64,000 bases of DNA from Mobula birostris. Its lineage: Eukaryota. A program made the translations under genes and the position numbers. How positions within the stretch are numbered: position 1 is the first letter of the stretch; every line of letters starts with the position of its first letter. This document shows positions 10,660-24,623 of this stretch, in pieces. The notes below the pieces were generated by a model that searched no databases, was not told the origin of the DNA, and saw only the letters and a program-made list of their open reading frames with translations. Location of the stretch: NCBI RefSeq assembly GCF_030028105.1, contig NC_092389.1:29823308-29887307 (forward strand), given 5' to 3'.

Positions 10660-13140
10660 AAATCACTGAGCCTTCACTTCAAGTAATTATATGTTTTGGT
10701 CCTGCAAAAAGTTAAATAATTTTTGGAGAGATGTTCTTAGAACGTTATCAAAAGTCATAGGTTTTGACCTACAACCTAATTTATTTACGGTAATCTTTGG
10801 GATTATTCCACCGGAACAGGACCGCTCAACGCATGATAGCTTTCTCAATTTTATTGGCTCGGAGAGCTATTCTATTGTACTGGGAGTATCTTAATCCACC
10901 TACTGTTTTCTTTGGCTCTCCTCCATTATGTCGTGTTTAAGTTTGGAGAAAATTAGGAGTCGGACATTTGGTACATCTTTTAAATTTGAGCAAACTTGGC
11001 GACCTTTTATTCAGTATTTTCATATGATCTAATTCTTTTTACTTTTTCAGTTAATTTCTTTTTCTCCGCGAAGTTTTAGGTTTGACCAGAAGGATTTTTC
11101 CTTTTTATTAACTGTATCCTCAAAATGGACTGCCCAGTCCCTTTTTTTTGTTTTAGATTAGTTTAGTGGTTTTTTTTCTCAATAACAGAAATTTTGAGTT
11201 TTTTTCCTATGAACTGTTAAGAGGAGAAGTGGTAGCAACACACATAAAATTTGCTGGTGAACGCAGCAGGCCAGGCAGCATCTCTAGGAAGAGGTACAGT
11301 CAACTTTTCGGGCGAACTGAAAGAAGAGCTAGTAAGAGATTTGAAAGTGGGAGGGGGAGGAGGAGATCCAAAATGATAGGAGAAGACAGGAGGGGGAGGG
11401 ATGGAGCCAAGAGCTGGACAGGTGATTGGCAAAGGGGATATGAGAGGATCATGGGACAGGAGGCCTAGGGAGAAAGAAAAGGGGGAGGGGAGGGGGGGGA
11501 ACCCAGAGGATGGGCAAGGGGTATAGTCAAAGGGAGAAAAAGGAGAGAGAGAAACAGTGTGTGTATATAAATAAATAATGGATGGGGTGCAAGGGGGAGG
11601 TGGGGCATTAGCAGAAGTTAGAGAAGTCAATGTTCATGCCATCAGGTTGGAGGCTACCCAGACGGAGTATAAGGTGTTGTTCCTCCAACCTGAGTGTGGC
11701 TTCATCTTTACAGTAGAGGAGGCCATGGATAGACATATCGGAATGGGATGTGGAATTAAAATGTGTGGTCACTGGGAGATCCTGCTTTCTTTGGCGGACA
11801 GAGCGTAGGTGTTCAGCAAAACGATCTCCCAGTCTGCGTCGGGTCTCGCCAATATATAGAAGGCCACATCGGGAGCACCGGACGCAGTATATCACCCCAG
11901 CTGACTCACAGGTGAAGTGTCACCTCACCTGGAAGGACTGTCTGGGGCCCTGAATGGTGGTAAGAGAGGAAGTGTAAGGGCATGTGTAACACTTGTTCCG
12001 CTTACAAGGATAAGTGCCAGGAGGGAGATCAGTGGGGAGGGATGGGGGGGGACGAATGGACAAGGGAGTCGCGTAGGGAGCGATCCCTGCGGAAAGCAGA
12101 GAGGGGGGGAGGGAAAGATGTGCTTAGTGGTGGGATCCCGTTGGAGGTGGTGGAAGTTACAGAGAATAATATGTTGGACCTGGAGGCTGGTGGGGTGGTA
12201 GGTGAGGACCAGGGGAACCCTATTCCTAGAAGGGTGGCGGGAGGATGGAGTGAGAGCAGATGTGCGTGAAATGGAGGAGATGCGTTTGAGAGCAGAGTTG
12301 ATGGTGGAGGAAGGGAAGCCCCTTTCTTTAAAAAAAAGGAAGACATCTCCCTCGTCCTAGAATGAAAAGCCTCATCCTGAGAGCAGATGCAGCGGAGACG
12401 GAGGAATTGCGAGAAGGGGATGGCGTTTTTGCAAGAGACGGGGTGAGAAGAGGAATAGTCCAGATAGCTGTGAGAGTCAGTAGGCTTATAGTAGACATCA
12501 GTGGATAAGCTGTCTCCAGAGACAGAGACAGAAAGATCTAGAAAGGGGAGGGAGGTGTCGGAAATGGACCAAATAAACTTGAGGGCAGGGTGAAAGTTGG
12601 AGGCAAAGTTAATAAAGTCAACGAGTTCTGCATGCGTGCAGGAAGCAGCGCCAATGCAGTCGTCGATGTAGCGAAGGAAAAGTGGGGGACAGATACCAGA
12701 ATAGGCACAGAACATAGATTGTTCCACAAAGCCAACAAAAAGGCAGGCATAGCTAGGACCCATACGGGCGCCCATAGCTACACCTTTAGTTTGGAGGAAG
12801 TGGGAGGAGCCAAAGGAGAAATTATTAAGTAAGGACTAATTCCGCTAGACGGAGCAGAGTGGTGGTAGAGGGGAACTGATTAGGTCTGGAGTCCAAAAAG
12901 AAGCGGAGAGCTTTGAGACCTTCCTGATGGGGGATGGAAGTATATAGGGACTGGACATCCGCTCCAGATGTCCAGGAGAAGTGGTTCTTTTTTTTCTTTA
13001 TATAAGCTGAATACTATATATGATTTTGACAGTGTATATTCCTTTGTTTGTACTATTATTGAAATATGTATTTGAGATAACCTCCCCTCTGGTTTGTATT
13101 TATCCTTATTCTTTTAAATCAACAAAAAAAAAATTGAAAG
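10660..13140 (+). mobile_element. L1-clade LINE 3' end (interrupted by PLE at 11234-12973)
   Basis: MFWSCKKLNNFW...IFG C-terminal zinc-knuckle-region motif; T-rich 3'UTR resumes after 12986 and ends in an A-run (~13124-13133). Confidence 0.7.
11234..12973 (-). mobile_element. Penelope-like element, young 5'-truncated copy
   Basis: RT RYIDD motif, GIY-YIG IYCVRC...YIGETRRRLGDRF; 12-bp TSD aggagaagtggt (11222-11233 / 12974-12985); near-identical to 28780-30520. Confidence 0.93.
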
Positions 13141-13204
13141 TGAGTAATTGGAGAAACAGTTTTGGGAGCTTGCCTGAGATATTCACCCCTGTTCCATCCT
13201 GGGA

Positions 13205-15150
13205 GGCATAGAAACACAGAGCAGTGCAATGCAGGACCTTCAGCATATGATGTTGTGCGGACTAATATAGACCTCCTTCAAAGTCAATCTGACTCTCATC
13301 TCCTATGTACGCCTCGTGCTTCTGGCCTCTATATGGCTATAAGAGTCTTTTAAATGTCCCTGCGGCAGAGGCAGATACAACCTCTGGCATTGTGTTCCAG
13401 TCACCCACTGATCACTGCGTGTTTTTTTTTAAAACTACCTCTGATACCTTTTCTAAACTTTCCTCCATTCACCTGAAACATATGTCCTCCAATGTTGGCC
13501 ATTGCCACCCTGGGGGGAAAAGTGCTTGTTCTCCACTCTATCTGCAGTACACCTCTTGTAATCTTATACACCTGTAAAAAGTCATCTTTCAACCTTTCCT
13601 TGTAAGACCGACTGGCTGTATCACCACCTGGTATGGGAACGGCACCAACCTTGATTGTTGGGCACTACAGAGCAGCAGATCTGTGGATGTGAATTTCCCT
13701 CCATTGAGGACATTTATAGCAGCAGGTGCAGAAGGAAGGCCTGGAAGATCATCGGGGACACCAGTCACCTCGACCATAAGCTCTTTCAATTGCTTCCATC
13801 TGGCAAATGCTATGGCAGCATTAAAGCCAGGACCAACAGGCTGCAGAACAGCTTTTTTCTACAAGCCATTAGACTTTTAAATTCACATGTCAATACATTG
13901 CAATGGAGTCATAATGCAAAGATTTTTACTCTCTCACGTTGTGGGATGGATTTAAAATTTAAATAAATTCTAATCCAGACAGCATCCTGGTACTCTCCTC
14001 TACAACCTTTCTAAAGCTTCCACATCTTTCCTATAATGAGGTGACTAGAACTGACCACAATACTCCAAGTGTGGTCTAACCTGATTTATATAGAACTGCA
14101 ACACAAGTTCATGTTTCTTGAAATCAATCCCCTGACTAAGACCAGCATACCATATGCCGCCTTAACTGTTCCATCAGCTTGCGCAGTAACATTGAGGACT
14201 CTGTGGACTTGGATCCTAAGATCCTTCTGTCCCTCCATACTGCTAAGAATCCTGCCATTAACCCTGTACTCAGCCTTCATATTTGATCTTCTAAAGTGTG
14301 TCACCTTTTCAAGACTGAACTTCATCTACCACTTCATCCAACTCTGTATCCTGTCCATATCTTATTGTAACCCTCTACATTATCTACAACACCCTCAACC
14401 TTAATGTCATCTATAAACTTAGTAACCCGCTCCTCCACTTCCTCATCAAGGTCATTTATAAATAAGTACCAAAGAGCAGGGGTCCCAGAAAAGATCCCTG
14501 TGGAGCACTGCTAGTCACCGACATCCAGGTAGAATATGTTCCATCTACTTCCATCCTCTGCCGTCTGTGGGTAAGCCAATTCCGAATCCATGCAGCCAAG
14601 TTTCCATGGATCCTGTGCCTCATAACTTCCTGAATGTGCCTACCGTGGGGAGCTATGTCAAATGCCTTGCTAAAGTCAAGTCTGTATACACTGCATCCAC
14701 CTTCATCAATTTGTTTTGTCACCTCCTTGCTAAACTCAGTTAGGCTCATGAGACACAACCTGCCCCTCACAAAGCTGTCTTAACTATCCTTTATAAAACA
14801 ATACTTCTCAAATTCCTTTATATGGTATCCTTAAAAAAATCATCTCCAATAGTTTGCCCACCACCGATGCAAGGCTCACAGGTCCAAAATTTTCAGGGTT
14901 ATCCCTATAACCTTTCTTTAACTACAGAATAACATTTGCCACCCTCCAATCATCTGGTACCGTTCCTGTGGCCAGGGTGGACACAAAGATCATCATCAAC
15001 ACTCCACTAATCTCTTCTCATAGTAACCTGAGGTATATCCCATGTGGTGCTAAGAATCTATCTATCCGGTTGTCCAGAGGCTCCAACACCACGTCTTTCT
15101 TAACCTCAACCAGCACATTAGCCTGTTCTACACCGAACTCATCTTGATCA
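13205..15150 (-). mobile_element. CR1 LINE ORF2 3' half, split by a Rex1 insertion
   Basis: LDFSKAFD, PQGSFLGPLLF motifs (14456-14770); 3'UTR at 13205-13590. Confidence 0.8.
13598..13975 (+). mobile_element. Rex1/Babar LINE 3' fragment
   Basis: HKLFQLLPSGKCY...RTNRLQNSFF C-terminal motif. Confidence 0.75.
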
Positions 15151-15209
15151 TGTCTATTTTTGGTTGCCGTTCAAGTGCTCCATCAGCTTTATCATTAAAA
15201 TTTGATTCT

Positions 15210-15545
15210 TGTGGCATGCCAGCAAAGCAGTTGGTACAATTGCTTTCCAGCATCAGTGATGACTGATTGTAGTTCAGTTGGCACCACTGTCTGTAAGGTA
15301 TCTGTACTTCTTCCCGTGACCATGGTGGTTTCTGTGGGTACTCTGGTTTTCTCCCACATTCCAAAGACTATATGGTTAGGGGTAGTAAGTTGTGAGCATG
15401 TTGTGTTGGCATCAGAAACGTGGCAACACTTTTGGGCTTCCCTCAGCACAATCCTTGCTGATTTGATATGACGCAAATGATCCAGATCACTGTAGGCTTC
15501 AATTTTTTTACATACATGTGACAAATCAAGCGAATCATTAAATCT
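15210..15545 (+). mobile_element. V-SINE (HE1-like)
   Basis: V-domain-like gggtactctggttttctcccacattccaaagac; same family at 52837, 58655, 60690 (-) and 62290. Confidence 0.65.
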
Positions 15546-16549
15546 TCTGGAATATGTTGGTTTATTATTGTTAAATGTACTAGGATACAATGGAAAGCTT
15601 GCTTGCATACTGTTCATACAGATCAAGGTCAAAGTCTCATACAGACTTTTGACTTTGATTTTTTTTCACTGCAGAAGCTTTGATAAGTGGACAGTACTTG
15701 AAACAAAAGCACAATTAACAAGATTAGCTAATGTGAAATCAAGATTAACTTGATAGGTCAATGGTATGATGAGAAAATGATCAATAGAGCACGAGATCAG
15801 TATTATGGACAAGAGGGACTTGGAGAACATAATGATTAATAAGAAAGAAGTTCAATGCTTGGCCAAGAGCTATCTTTGAAAGGTTGTTCTACCAGATGAT
15901 GGGAGGGAAGTGACAAAGATGATTGGATTGTCTTGATGGTTAGGGACGAGGAAGTCACTGGACCTGAGAATGGAGGTGAAAACAGTGGGTTCATGAGTAA
16001 AGAGTTTGTTTAAGCCATCAAGGTGAACCCTTTGGTCTTTTGTGCTCCATTACATTTGGCAATGTTGTTGTTCAAGCAGCAGTATATGTATATTTGTCAT
16101 GTGAAATTGTATCTTTCTAAACTGTCAAGTTAAGAACGTGTAATGTTAGTCTTACTTAAATATAAACAATGCTTTGATCATAAAAGAAAAATTAACAGGA
16201 ACTGAAAGATTTAGTAAAATGGTATCTCAGTGGATGTTGTAACCCAAAGAATTTGATTGTTTATTGCAATTCTGGAGCTGAACCACAGGTAAAATGTAAC
16301 AGTAACACCACTAGCATAATGGAATCTAAGGCTGACTTAAAGGATAGACATAAAGGGTCTATATTCCTTGCCTTTCAAGGCGACCCACTATCTCACTGGC
16401 TTTTCCTCTGTCTGTGGTGTTGCATGAAGTATAATTTTTATCTTTGCAGTCCATTGCCACCCTAATGCAACCTTCACATGGTGCCCCTTCTATTCCGTGA
16501 CTCACTGATAACAATAAGTTTAATTGGTACAGGGTTTTGACCCAACTCA

Positions 16550-17440
16550 TTGCAGATGATACAAAGATGATGAAGGGGAAGGTAGTGTTGTGGAATCGGG
16601 TAGGCTGCAGAAGGACTTGTTGGAAAATGCATGGTCATGCACTTTGGTAGTAGAAATAAATTTGCAGATTATTTTCTAAACGGGAAGAAAATCCAGGAAT
16701 CTGAGATGCAGAGGGACTTGGGAGTCCTTGTGCAGAACACCCTGAAGGTTAACTTGCAGGTTGAATCGGTGGTGAGGAAGGCAAATGCCATGTTAGCATT
16801 CATTTCAAGAGGTCTAGAGTACAAGAGCAAAGATGTGATGCTGAGGCTTTATAAGGCACTGGTGAGGCCTCACCTTGAGTATTGTGAACAGTTTTGGGCT
16901 TCTCATCTTAGAAAAGATGTGCTGACACTGGAGAGGGACCAGAGGAGGTTCACAAGGATGATTCCAGGAATGAAAGAGTTACCATATGAGGAACGTTTGA
17001 TGGCTCTGGGTCTGTACTTGCTGGAATTGAAAAGGATGAGGGGGGATCTCATTGAACCCTTTCAAATGTTGAAAGGCCTAGACAGAGTAGATGTGGACAG
17101 GATGTTTCCCATGGTGGGAGAGTCTAGGACAAGAGGACACGGCCTCAGGATAGAGGGGCGCCCTTTCAAAGCAGAGATGCGGAAAAATTTCTTTAGCCAA
17201 AGGGTGGTGAATTTGTGGAATTTGTTGCCACATGCAGCTGCGGAGGCCAGGTCGTTGAGTGTATTTAAGGCAGAGATTGGTAGGTTCTTGATTGGACATG
17301 GCATCAAAGGTCATGGGGAGAAGGCTGGTAACTGGGATTGAGGGGGAGATTTAAAAATAAAGGATCAGTCATGATTGAATGGTGGAGCAGACTCGATGGG
17401 CCAGATGGCCTAATTCTGCTTCTATGTTTTATAGTCTTAA
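16550..17440 (+). mobile_element. CR1 LINE 3' end
   Basis: ORF 16631-17341 QRDLGVLV...RPHLEYC...RTRGH...FFSQRVVNLWN; CR1 3' tail. Confidence 0.92.
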
Positions 17441-17702
17441 AATTTTTTTTATTATAAATTTCAGTGGTTAATGGCGAGCTGACTGTGCTCCCTGCTGACA
17501 GCAAAATTCCAGTTCCTTGTGTCAGTCAGGTGACGCTGACTAAATCAGCTTGGGTCAGTAAAATTTGACATTGAAAATTGTGCATCCCAGTTGTCATGTG
17601 AGCAGCTACTTTTTGAAGCAAACCTTTATAGGCTCTTCTTCAAACTCTGCCCGTGTGGATCATAGATCCTTACTGGGAGGAATACCTTTGCAGTTAGCAT
17701 TA

Positions 17703-19350
17703 GTTTCAAAGGTACATTTAATGTCAGAGAAATGTATACAATACAGATAATGAAATTTTTTTCTTCGCAATGTTATGTACCCCGTCACTGGGTTGCCAAA
17801 CCAGCAGAAATGGACCACTAGTTGGAGTCTGGATTACTGGAAGCTAATAAAGTTTTATTAAAGAAATAAGTAACACAGTGCTCTAATCGTACGGGTATTA
17901 ATGCAACAGGTTAGCAATGATAAAACACACATGTACACAGAACTAGGGTAATAGGAATCAACCAAGCTCTATCGCAGTCTAGGGGTAAAATGGTCAGTCT
18001 CAAGTGACGCAGAGTTCAGTTCAGCTTAGTACAGTTTGCAGTAATCGCTGTTTTGCTGTTGGGGGGGGGGGAGAGAGAGAGAAATGCAAATTTTGATTCA
18101 AGCAGACCTTTGATGTTCTTCGCAGTTGGCTTTCGGGTGGACCCTTTTATGTCTTCTATCCCGCTGTGGTCACCGACTGTGACCCCTCCGTTCCGGATAT
18201 GACTGTTCTTCCGCGGTGAACCCAGTACCCAGGCAAGGGTGGACGCACACACCAGGTTCCCACCGATCGTACCTTTTCACCCTGTTAGTCTATGGTCGGT
18301 TCCCTCGAACCAGACCTCCAAACTCCCACCAGCTTGTGGGGGGCACACTGCCCTTCCAGGGTCTCGTTATCTCGTGATCTCGTGGTGTCTGTCGTGCCTT
18401 AGCGAACCTGTTCTTTTTATCCCCCTGCTGGGGTATCGCCTGTCCATCAAACTTCAAACGGTTCAGGTTCTATGCAACTGGTCTGTCAGTATTCTGATGT
18501 GTGTCTCTTTTCGTTATCTCTCTCTCCTCTCTCATTAACATTTTGAACGTTTCTCCATTGTCTCCCTTATCTCTCTCTCTCATTAGCATCAATCGTCTGA
18601 TAATTTGGTTTGTCGTCACAGCAACCGTCCACGAAAACGGGAGTACCCCAAAGAATGAATGACAGTTAAATGTTAGAACCTCAAAGCTCCCCCCTCCCAC
18701 GCACATGCAGCAGCAAGGCAATGACACCCCCCCCCCCACCAGCAAAAAAAAGCATCGGCGCCCCCCACTGAGCACTCAAGCATGCAGCAAAGCATCAATA
18801 AAGACACAGACTTGCAGTACCCCAAAGACTACTCATTCACCCAGTATTCGACATACCACAGGCTCTCTCTTTCTCCCTAATAAGGAAAAAAGAGGTGTCT
18901 GTGTTTCACAGCGAGAGGGGAGACATAACAAACAGCTCACTGGTTTATGATGTTAAAAGTCTGTTGCATCACTTTTTCCAAGCTCTGTGCCCAAAGAACT
19001 TGGGTCTTTGAGCACACACCCAGATATCTTCTGTCTCCCACAACACACCGATTCCCTGCAGCGGCACCGACCTCAAGCCTGCCCACCTCCAGAGCCACGA
19101 AATCCCGAAGCTCCGAAGATGAGCTAATAATCTAGGCCATGCCCTCGGTATATTGAATAACGGCCAGCTCTGAGACCCCGAGAGCAGGTCCCATTCCCAC
19201 AAAGAACCGAAGTCAGTATGTAACTCCAGTTCAGGGTTTTCAAAAGAGCCCTGAAAGGGAAAAATAGAGATATTAAAGATAGAAATAGAGCTGTTTCCAA
19301 GGATGCAAGCAAAGGAGTTGCAATTGGGTGCCATTGTCTCCTAAGCTCCT
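17703..19350 (-). mobile_element. Non-LTR (probably Rex1-associated) repeat hosting the solo LTR
   Basis: Terminal sequence recurs at 48033-48107 with a gaagtt TSD; contiguous across the LTR. Confidence 0.5.
17771..18620 (-). mobile_element. Solo LTR (Gypsy/ERV1-type, 850 bp)
   Basis: TG...CA termini, 4-bp TSD GCAA (17767-17770 / 18621-18624); second copy in opposite orientation at 62960-63861. Confidence 0.9.
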
Positions 19351-20273
19351 GAGTTCTGTATTGAGTGCAAAATTACTGTGTTAGGTCTTCTTGAAATAGA
19401 GTTGTTTTAGCAGATTGGATATCTGTGTTAAGAAAAACATGTAAAATAGTCTATATGGGACTGCCTATTGACTTTGGACTGCTGTCAGTTCTCCATATTC
19501 TCAATTTATGTTGTTCCTATGACTGTTATTTCTTCCACTGCCAAAATTCAAACTTTGGAATGCATTCTAAAATCTTGTAGTCATAGAGACTCTTCGTAAA
19601 TTCTGTCTTTGACCTGGTTGGCCAAGTAGGTCCTAAAGCTAGTTTGGTGTCAAATTGAATACAGTGCTCCCTGCCTTAATTTTTTTTTTCTTTTGGTGTG
19701 AACTCTCCAAGACAGTTATCAACTACTTTCAAAATTAATTGTCCCACTCAAAATTTGGTATCTTACCAATGTTCAACAAGTAAACAGCTCCAACTAGCCA
19801 CTCAGTTGGCAACTGTGGTTGTTAGCACATGCACACCAGAAATGTTAGTTTGATTCCTGATCTATATTAAGCCATTTCTAAACAGGGTATTAATAAGCAG
19901 TACAACTTTTTCCACGGATGCTGCTAGGCCCAAATTTTATTTCAGATTTACAGTATCTGCAGTTTTATGATTTTCATTTAGCAGTGGGACTTTTGGGCTT
20001 CCTAGGAGCATAATCTATTTTGAAGCCTGATTATATTTTACTGTTGGATTGTGCACGTGTATGGGGTGATGATTGAAGATTTGTGTTACTGTCTAATGAT
20101 GTACCACTGTGAAGGTATGCAAAACTCCTTTACTGAGCAGCACACAAAATGCTGGAGAAATTCAGCAAGTCAAGCAGCATCTATAGAGGAGAATAAACAG
20201 TTGAATTTTTTTCAGGCTGAGAACTGTCATCTATAGAATCTCTTGTGTTTAAAATATCTCATTTCTTTTCCAG

Positions 20274-20494
20274 ATCTAGAAAATGAATTTGCCAAATTCA
20301 AACACAAAGTCAAGGAAGCACTCCCTGGTAGTGATTGGAGCCCCTTGCACCAGACCTCTGGCTTACCTCCTGAGTGGGCTGATGTCGTCATCATTGGAGG
20401 AGGGGTAGTAGGTTGGTCTACTGCATACTGGTTGAAGAAAAAAGAGGCAGTCCGGGAAGGAGTTCGTGTGGTGGTAGTAGAGAGAGACCCAACT
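20274..20494 (+). CDS. FOXRED1: FOXRED1 exon 2 (FAD-binding GxGxxG)
   Basis: ttccag| acceptor; DVVIIGGGVVGWSTAY...VVVVERDPT; |gtgagt; 221 nt. Confidence 0.97.
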
Positions 20495-21190
20495 GTGAGT
20501 GGACATCTATCAGAGAAATTATTCATTTACTGAGACAAACACTTCCTTGTGCATTGCGATAATAAAACAGATCTTAATGTTAGCATAAAAATCTTCAGCA
20601 ATAGCATGTATTACTCTAGTATCTTTAATATAACTAGCAACTTCACATCAAGCAATATTTGATAGTCAGATTGACTGTTTAGAGTCTAACATTGGTCAAA
20701 TAACTGTTTTAAATTGATGTTCGAAGTCATGCTTGCATCATGAATTAAATTCTTTACTAAAGCCCCTTTGTCCCTCCACATATTTTAAGTTTTAACAAGC
20801 ATCTTTAAAAACCAAACTCTTGGACTAATCCTTTGTCTTAATAGCTCCTAAACTGCCTGGGGTTCTGTTTTGAATTAAAATGTTTTCCATTACTAGTGCT
20901 AATGATATTTAGAGTGGCTATTGGTACGGTGTTAGAGGCTATTCAGTTCATTGTGCTCCTTGAAAGTGTTATTCCATTAATCCTACTTACTTGCTTTTTA
21001 TCCATAGCCTTTCCATTGTTTCCTTTCCAACCAAATATCCAATTCCCTTTTGTAAGTTACTGCTTTGACTCTGCTTCAGCACAGATCAGAGGTAGGGGTG
21101 ACGATGTTGCCAATCTGAAAAGCACAGCAGTTTATAAGGATGAACATGTCCAGTAGCATTTTACTGAATTCCTCCTTTCTCTCCATGTAG

Positions 21191-21301
21191 TATTCCAGAT
21201 CCTCCACAGTCTTGTCAGTGGGAGGGATTCGCCAACAGTTCTCTCTGCCAGAAAATATCCATCTGTCAATTGAGTCTGCTCGTTTTCTTCGCAATATCCA
21301 G
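21191..21301 (+). CDS. FOXRED1: FOXRED1 exon 3
   Basis: [37 protein letters not shown]; AG/GT boundaries; 111 nt. Confidence 0.97.
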
Positions 21302-21639
21302 GTACTGATGGAATGCACGGCTCTTATCTCATCATGCTAGCTGTTGCCTAGTATTTTTGGTTTTCCTAATTGAGCCTGGGTTGGAATCTTTATGTAAGAT
21401 TAGAAGTTTTAAATGAAAATCCAGCTTTAGTAGTTTTTCACTTTATCTGAAACATTATTCTTCATAAGAACAAGCCAGTGAGTGGTGGGAAAGCACGGTT
21501 GAGTCTGATTCTTCTCCCAGGACAAAGGAACCCTTGGCAAATTTGACCTTTCTCCTCCCCTGCACACACATCCCACTAGCAAAGCTTAGAGAACAAAGCT
21601 ACTATGTCCTCAATCTGAAAGAAAAATAAAATGATCACC

Positions 21640-21870
21640 TCAGGTGCATGTTGCAGTCACTGTCGTAATGTCGGAAACATGGCGCAGAATAAGGCCCACA
21701 CAGCTCCCATAAATATTGACGAGGTAATGATGTTGATTGTGGGATAGCTAATAGCCAGGATTACCAGAGGAAGGTTCCCCCGTTATAATGAAATGGTATC
21801 ATGAATTTTTTTAACCTCAGTTTAACGTATTATTCAATAGACAGGACAGCATTCTTTTGAACTACATTTC
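21640..21870 (-). mobile_element. Ancient Deu-domain SINE-like relic (SacSINE1/AmnSINE-related)
   Basis: Resembles shark DeuSINE consensus from memory (gcagtcactgtcgtaatgt...gatgttgattgtgggat...cctcagtttaacgt); similar relic at 58080-58370. Confidence 0.45.
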
Positions 21871-22682
21871 GTCATGAGTCATAGAGAGAGATACAGCACA
21901 GAAACAAGCCCTTGAACTCTCTTGAGTCTACACCAACATGCAAGCTCCATTTGCTAGCACAGTTTATCCAAAAGGTCATTCTTAAGGCCAGTTTACAAGT
22001 CACCATTTAATTTTTTTTGAATATGGAAAGAAACCTAGCGTTTGGAAGAAACCACACGGACAGTCCTGTTAAGCAGTATCTCAGGGTCAAGTATGTATTG
22101 GTTTTGCTCTTGTCTTGTGGCTGACGAGGCTAATGTTGAACCTGAAAATTTTGCTGTAGGTGGGACAGGAGGATCTTGGCTGGGTGTGTACTTGTTCCAC
22201 TCTTTTGCTATTTTAAGTGGGCTTCCATATGCTCCCAATGAAATGGTGTAAAATTCTCTATATAGACAACCCCCCCCCCCGCCATTAGGGCTGTTTGGGT
22301 AATGGAAATTTGCCCTTGCAGAATTCACAAATCACTTCCCAGAAATTTGAGATGTGGAGTAAAATTTTCTGAGTTTTTGTGGGGAAGGATAAAACAATAA
22401 ACACACCATTTAGTCTTTTTTTTGTTTTCAGTGTTGCTGACCATAGTATCAAAGTCTCCAGAACTAATCTTTCTTGATTGGCCTAGTGGAATATTTGAGA
22501 AATCGTACGCAACATAGTAATGTATTTAAATAATTATTAAATTTGTAGCCTCTGAACCATTGGATGGGACATTGGTCTTCTATAATTAGGAACAATGTGT
22601 GGTAAATGAATAGTGTCCTTGGTAGAGTAATCTAAAGAAAGACTAATGATGAGGTGAAGCTCATTGTATGTTTGCCCAACAG

Positions 22683-22801
22683 GAACACTTGAACGTAGTG
22701 AATGAGGACCCTGTGGATATTCACTTTAATCCATCAGGATATCTCTTTTTAGCTGGGAAGGAGCAGAGCGATATCTTGGCAGAAAATTACAATATTCAGA
22801 G
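22683..22801 (+). CDS. FOXRED1: FOXRED1 exon 4
   Basis: EHLNVVNEDPVDIHFNPSGYLFLA...NIQR; 119 nt; AG/GT boundaries. Confidence 0.96.
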
Positions 22802-23169
22802 GTGAGATACTTTAATAATAAAGCCCTACCATACAAGGAATTAGTGAAGAGTTGATGAACAGGGATTATCTGTTACTTTTAATGACTTTTTTTCTTCCAG
22901 TTTTTTTGGTTGTCTTTATAAAATGCAGACTCATTTTGCAGTGGGGGTGCCTTTTTTTTTCAAATGCATATTTTTGTCAAGCTCATAGAATTAGTACCCT
23001 ACTAAATCTTAGGAATACAGCTAAATCCAATCCTAGAACTTAAAAAAAAGACCACTGATACCATAAAACTGAAATTTAAAACTAAAACTTCCATATTTTA
23101 CTCTCAAATCAGGCAGGATTTTTAGTGAGCAAAACAGGATTGACATTTTAGGTTGATTTGCATTAGATT

Positions 23170-24108
23170 GCAGGGGACTGTCTTGTCTCCCTTTCTCTTC
23201 ACCAATTACACCTCGGACTTCAACTACTGCACAGAGTCTTGTCATCTTCAGAAGTTTTCGGATCACTCTGCCATAGTTGCATGCATCAGCAAGGGAGATG
23301 AGGCTGAGTACAGGGCTACGGTAGGAAACTTTGTCACATGGTGTGAGCAGAATTATCTGCAGCTTAATGTGAAAAAGACTAAGGAGCTGGTGGTAGACCT
23401 GAGGAGAGCTAAGGCACCGGTGACCCCTGTTTCCATCCAGGGGGTCAGTGTGGACATGGTGGAGGATTAAAAATACCTGGGGATACAAATTGACAATAAA
23501 CTGGACTGGTCAAAGAACACTGAGGCTGTCTACAAGAAGGGTCAGAGCCGTCTCTACTTCCTGAGGAGACTGAGGTCCTTTAACAGCTGTCGGACGATGC
23601 TGAGGATGTTCTACGAGTCTGTGGTGGCCAGTGCTATCATGTTTGCTGTTGTGTGCTGGGGCAGCAGGCTGAGGGTAGCAGACACCAACAGAATCAACAA
23701 ACTCATTCATAAGGCCAGTGATGTTGTGGGGATAGAACTGGACTCTTTGACGGCGGTGTCTGAAAAGAGGATGCTGTCCAAGTTGCATGCCATCTTGGAC
23801 AATGTCTCCCATCCACTACATAATGTACTGGTTGGGCACAGGAGTACATTCAGCCAGAGACTCATTCCACTGAGATGCAGCACTGAGCATCATAGGAAGT
23901 CATTCCTGCCTGTGGCCATCAAACTTTACAACTCCTCCCTTGGAGAGTCAGACACCCTGAGCCAATAGGCTGGTCCTGGACTTATTTCCTGGCATAATTT
24001 ACATATTACTATTTAATTATTTATGGTTTTATCACTATTTAATTATTAATAGTGCAACTGTAACGAAAACCAATTTCCCTCGGGATCAATAAAGTATGAC
24101 TATGACTA
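23170..24108 (+). mobile_element. Rex1/Babar LINE 3' portion
   Basis: QGTVLSPFLF, KFSDHSAIV, LNVKKTKELVVD motifs; tail gggatcaataaag(tatgac)n. Confidence 0.9.
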
Positions 24109-24623
24109 GAACTGAGTTTTGGCAGTGTTCTAATTAAAGGTCATTGACCTGAAATATTCTTTCTGTTCTTCTCTCTATAGACACTGCCTGCTTTGGTGAG
24201 TATTTCTGGTATCTTCAGCTTAGAGCCCAATCCTATTGTAACAGGTGTACAGTATATACTAGAAAATTATTAGCATTACAAAAGGTTTGATTTCCTTGTG
24301 GCCACCCATTTCAGTTTCACTTCCCATTCTCATTCTGACTTGTCAGTCGTTAGCTTCCTCTGCTGCCATGATGAAGCCACACTTGCGTTGGAGGAGCAAT
24401 ACTTCATATTCCATCTGTTTAACATGAACGTCAATTTCTCCACCTTCCAGTGACTTGCTGAGTTCCTCCAGAATTTTGTGTGTTGCTCAAGATATCTAGC
24501 ATCTGCAGAATTTCTTTAAGAAAATTCTTACTGAGTTTGTCTTGTTGATTAGATGGGGATCGGAATACTCATTTACTAGCTTGGCTTCCAAAGAATGATC
24601 TATTTGCTCTCTACTGTCTAGCT

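Noticed and set aside
11350-11610. G-rich tracts as a specific G-quadruplex regulatory element
   Set aside because: Intrinsic purine-rich PLE 3' region repeated in every copy
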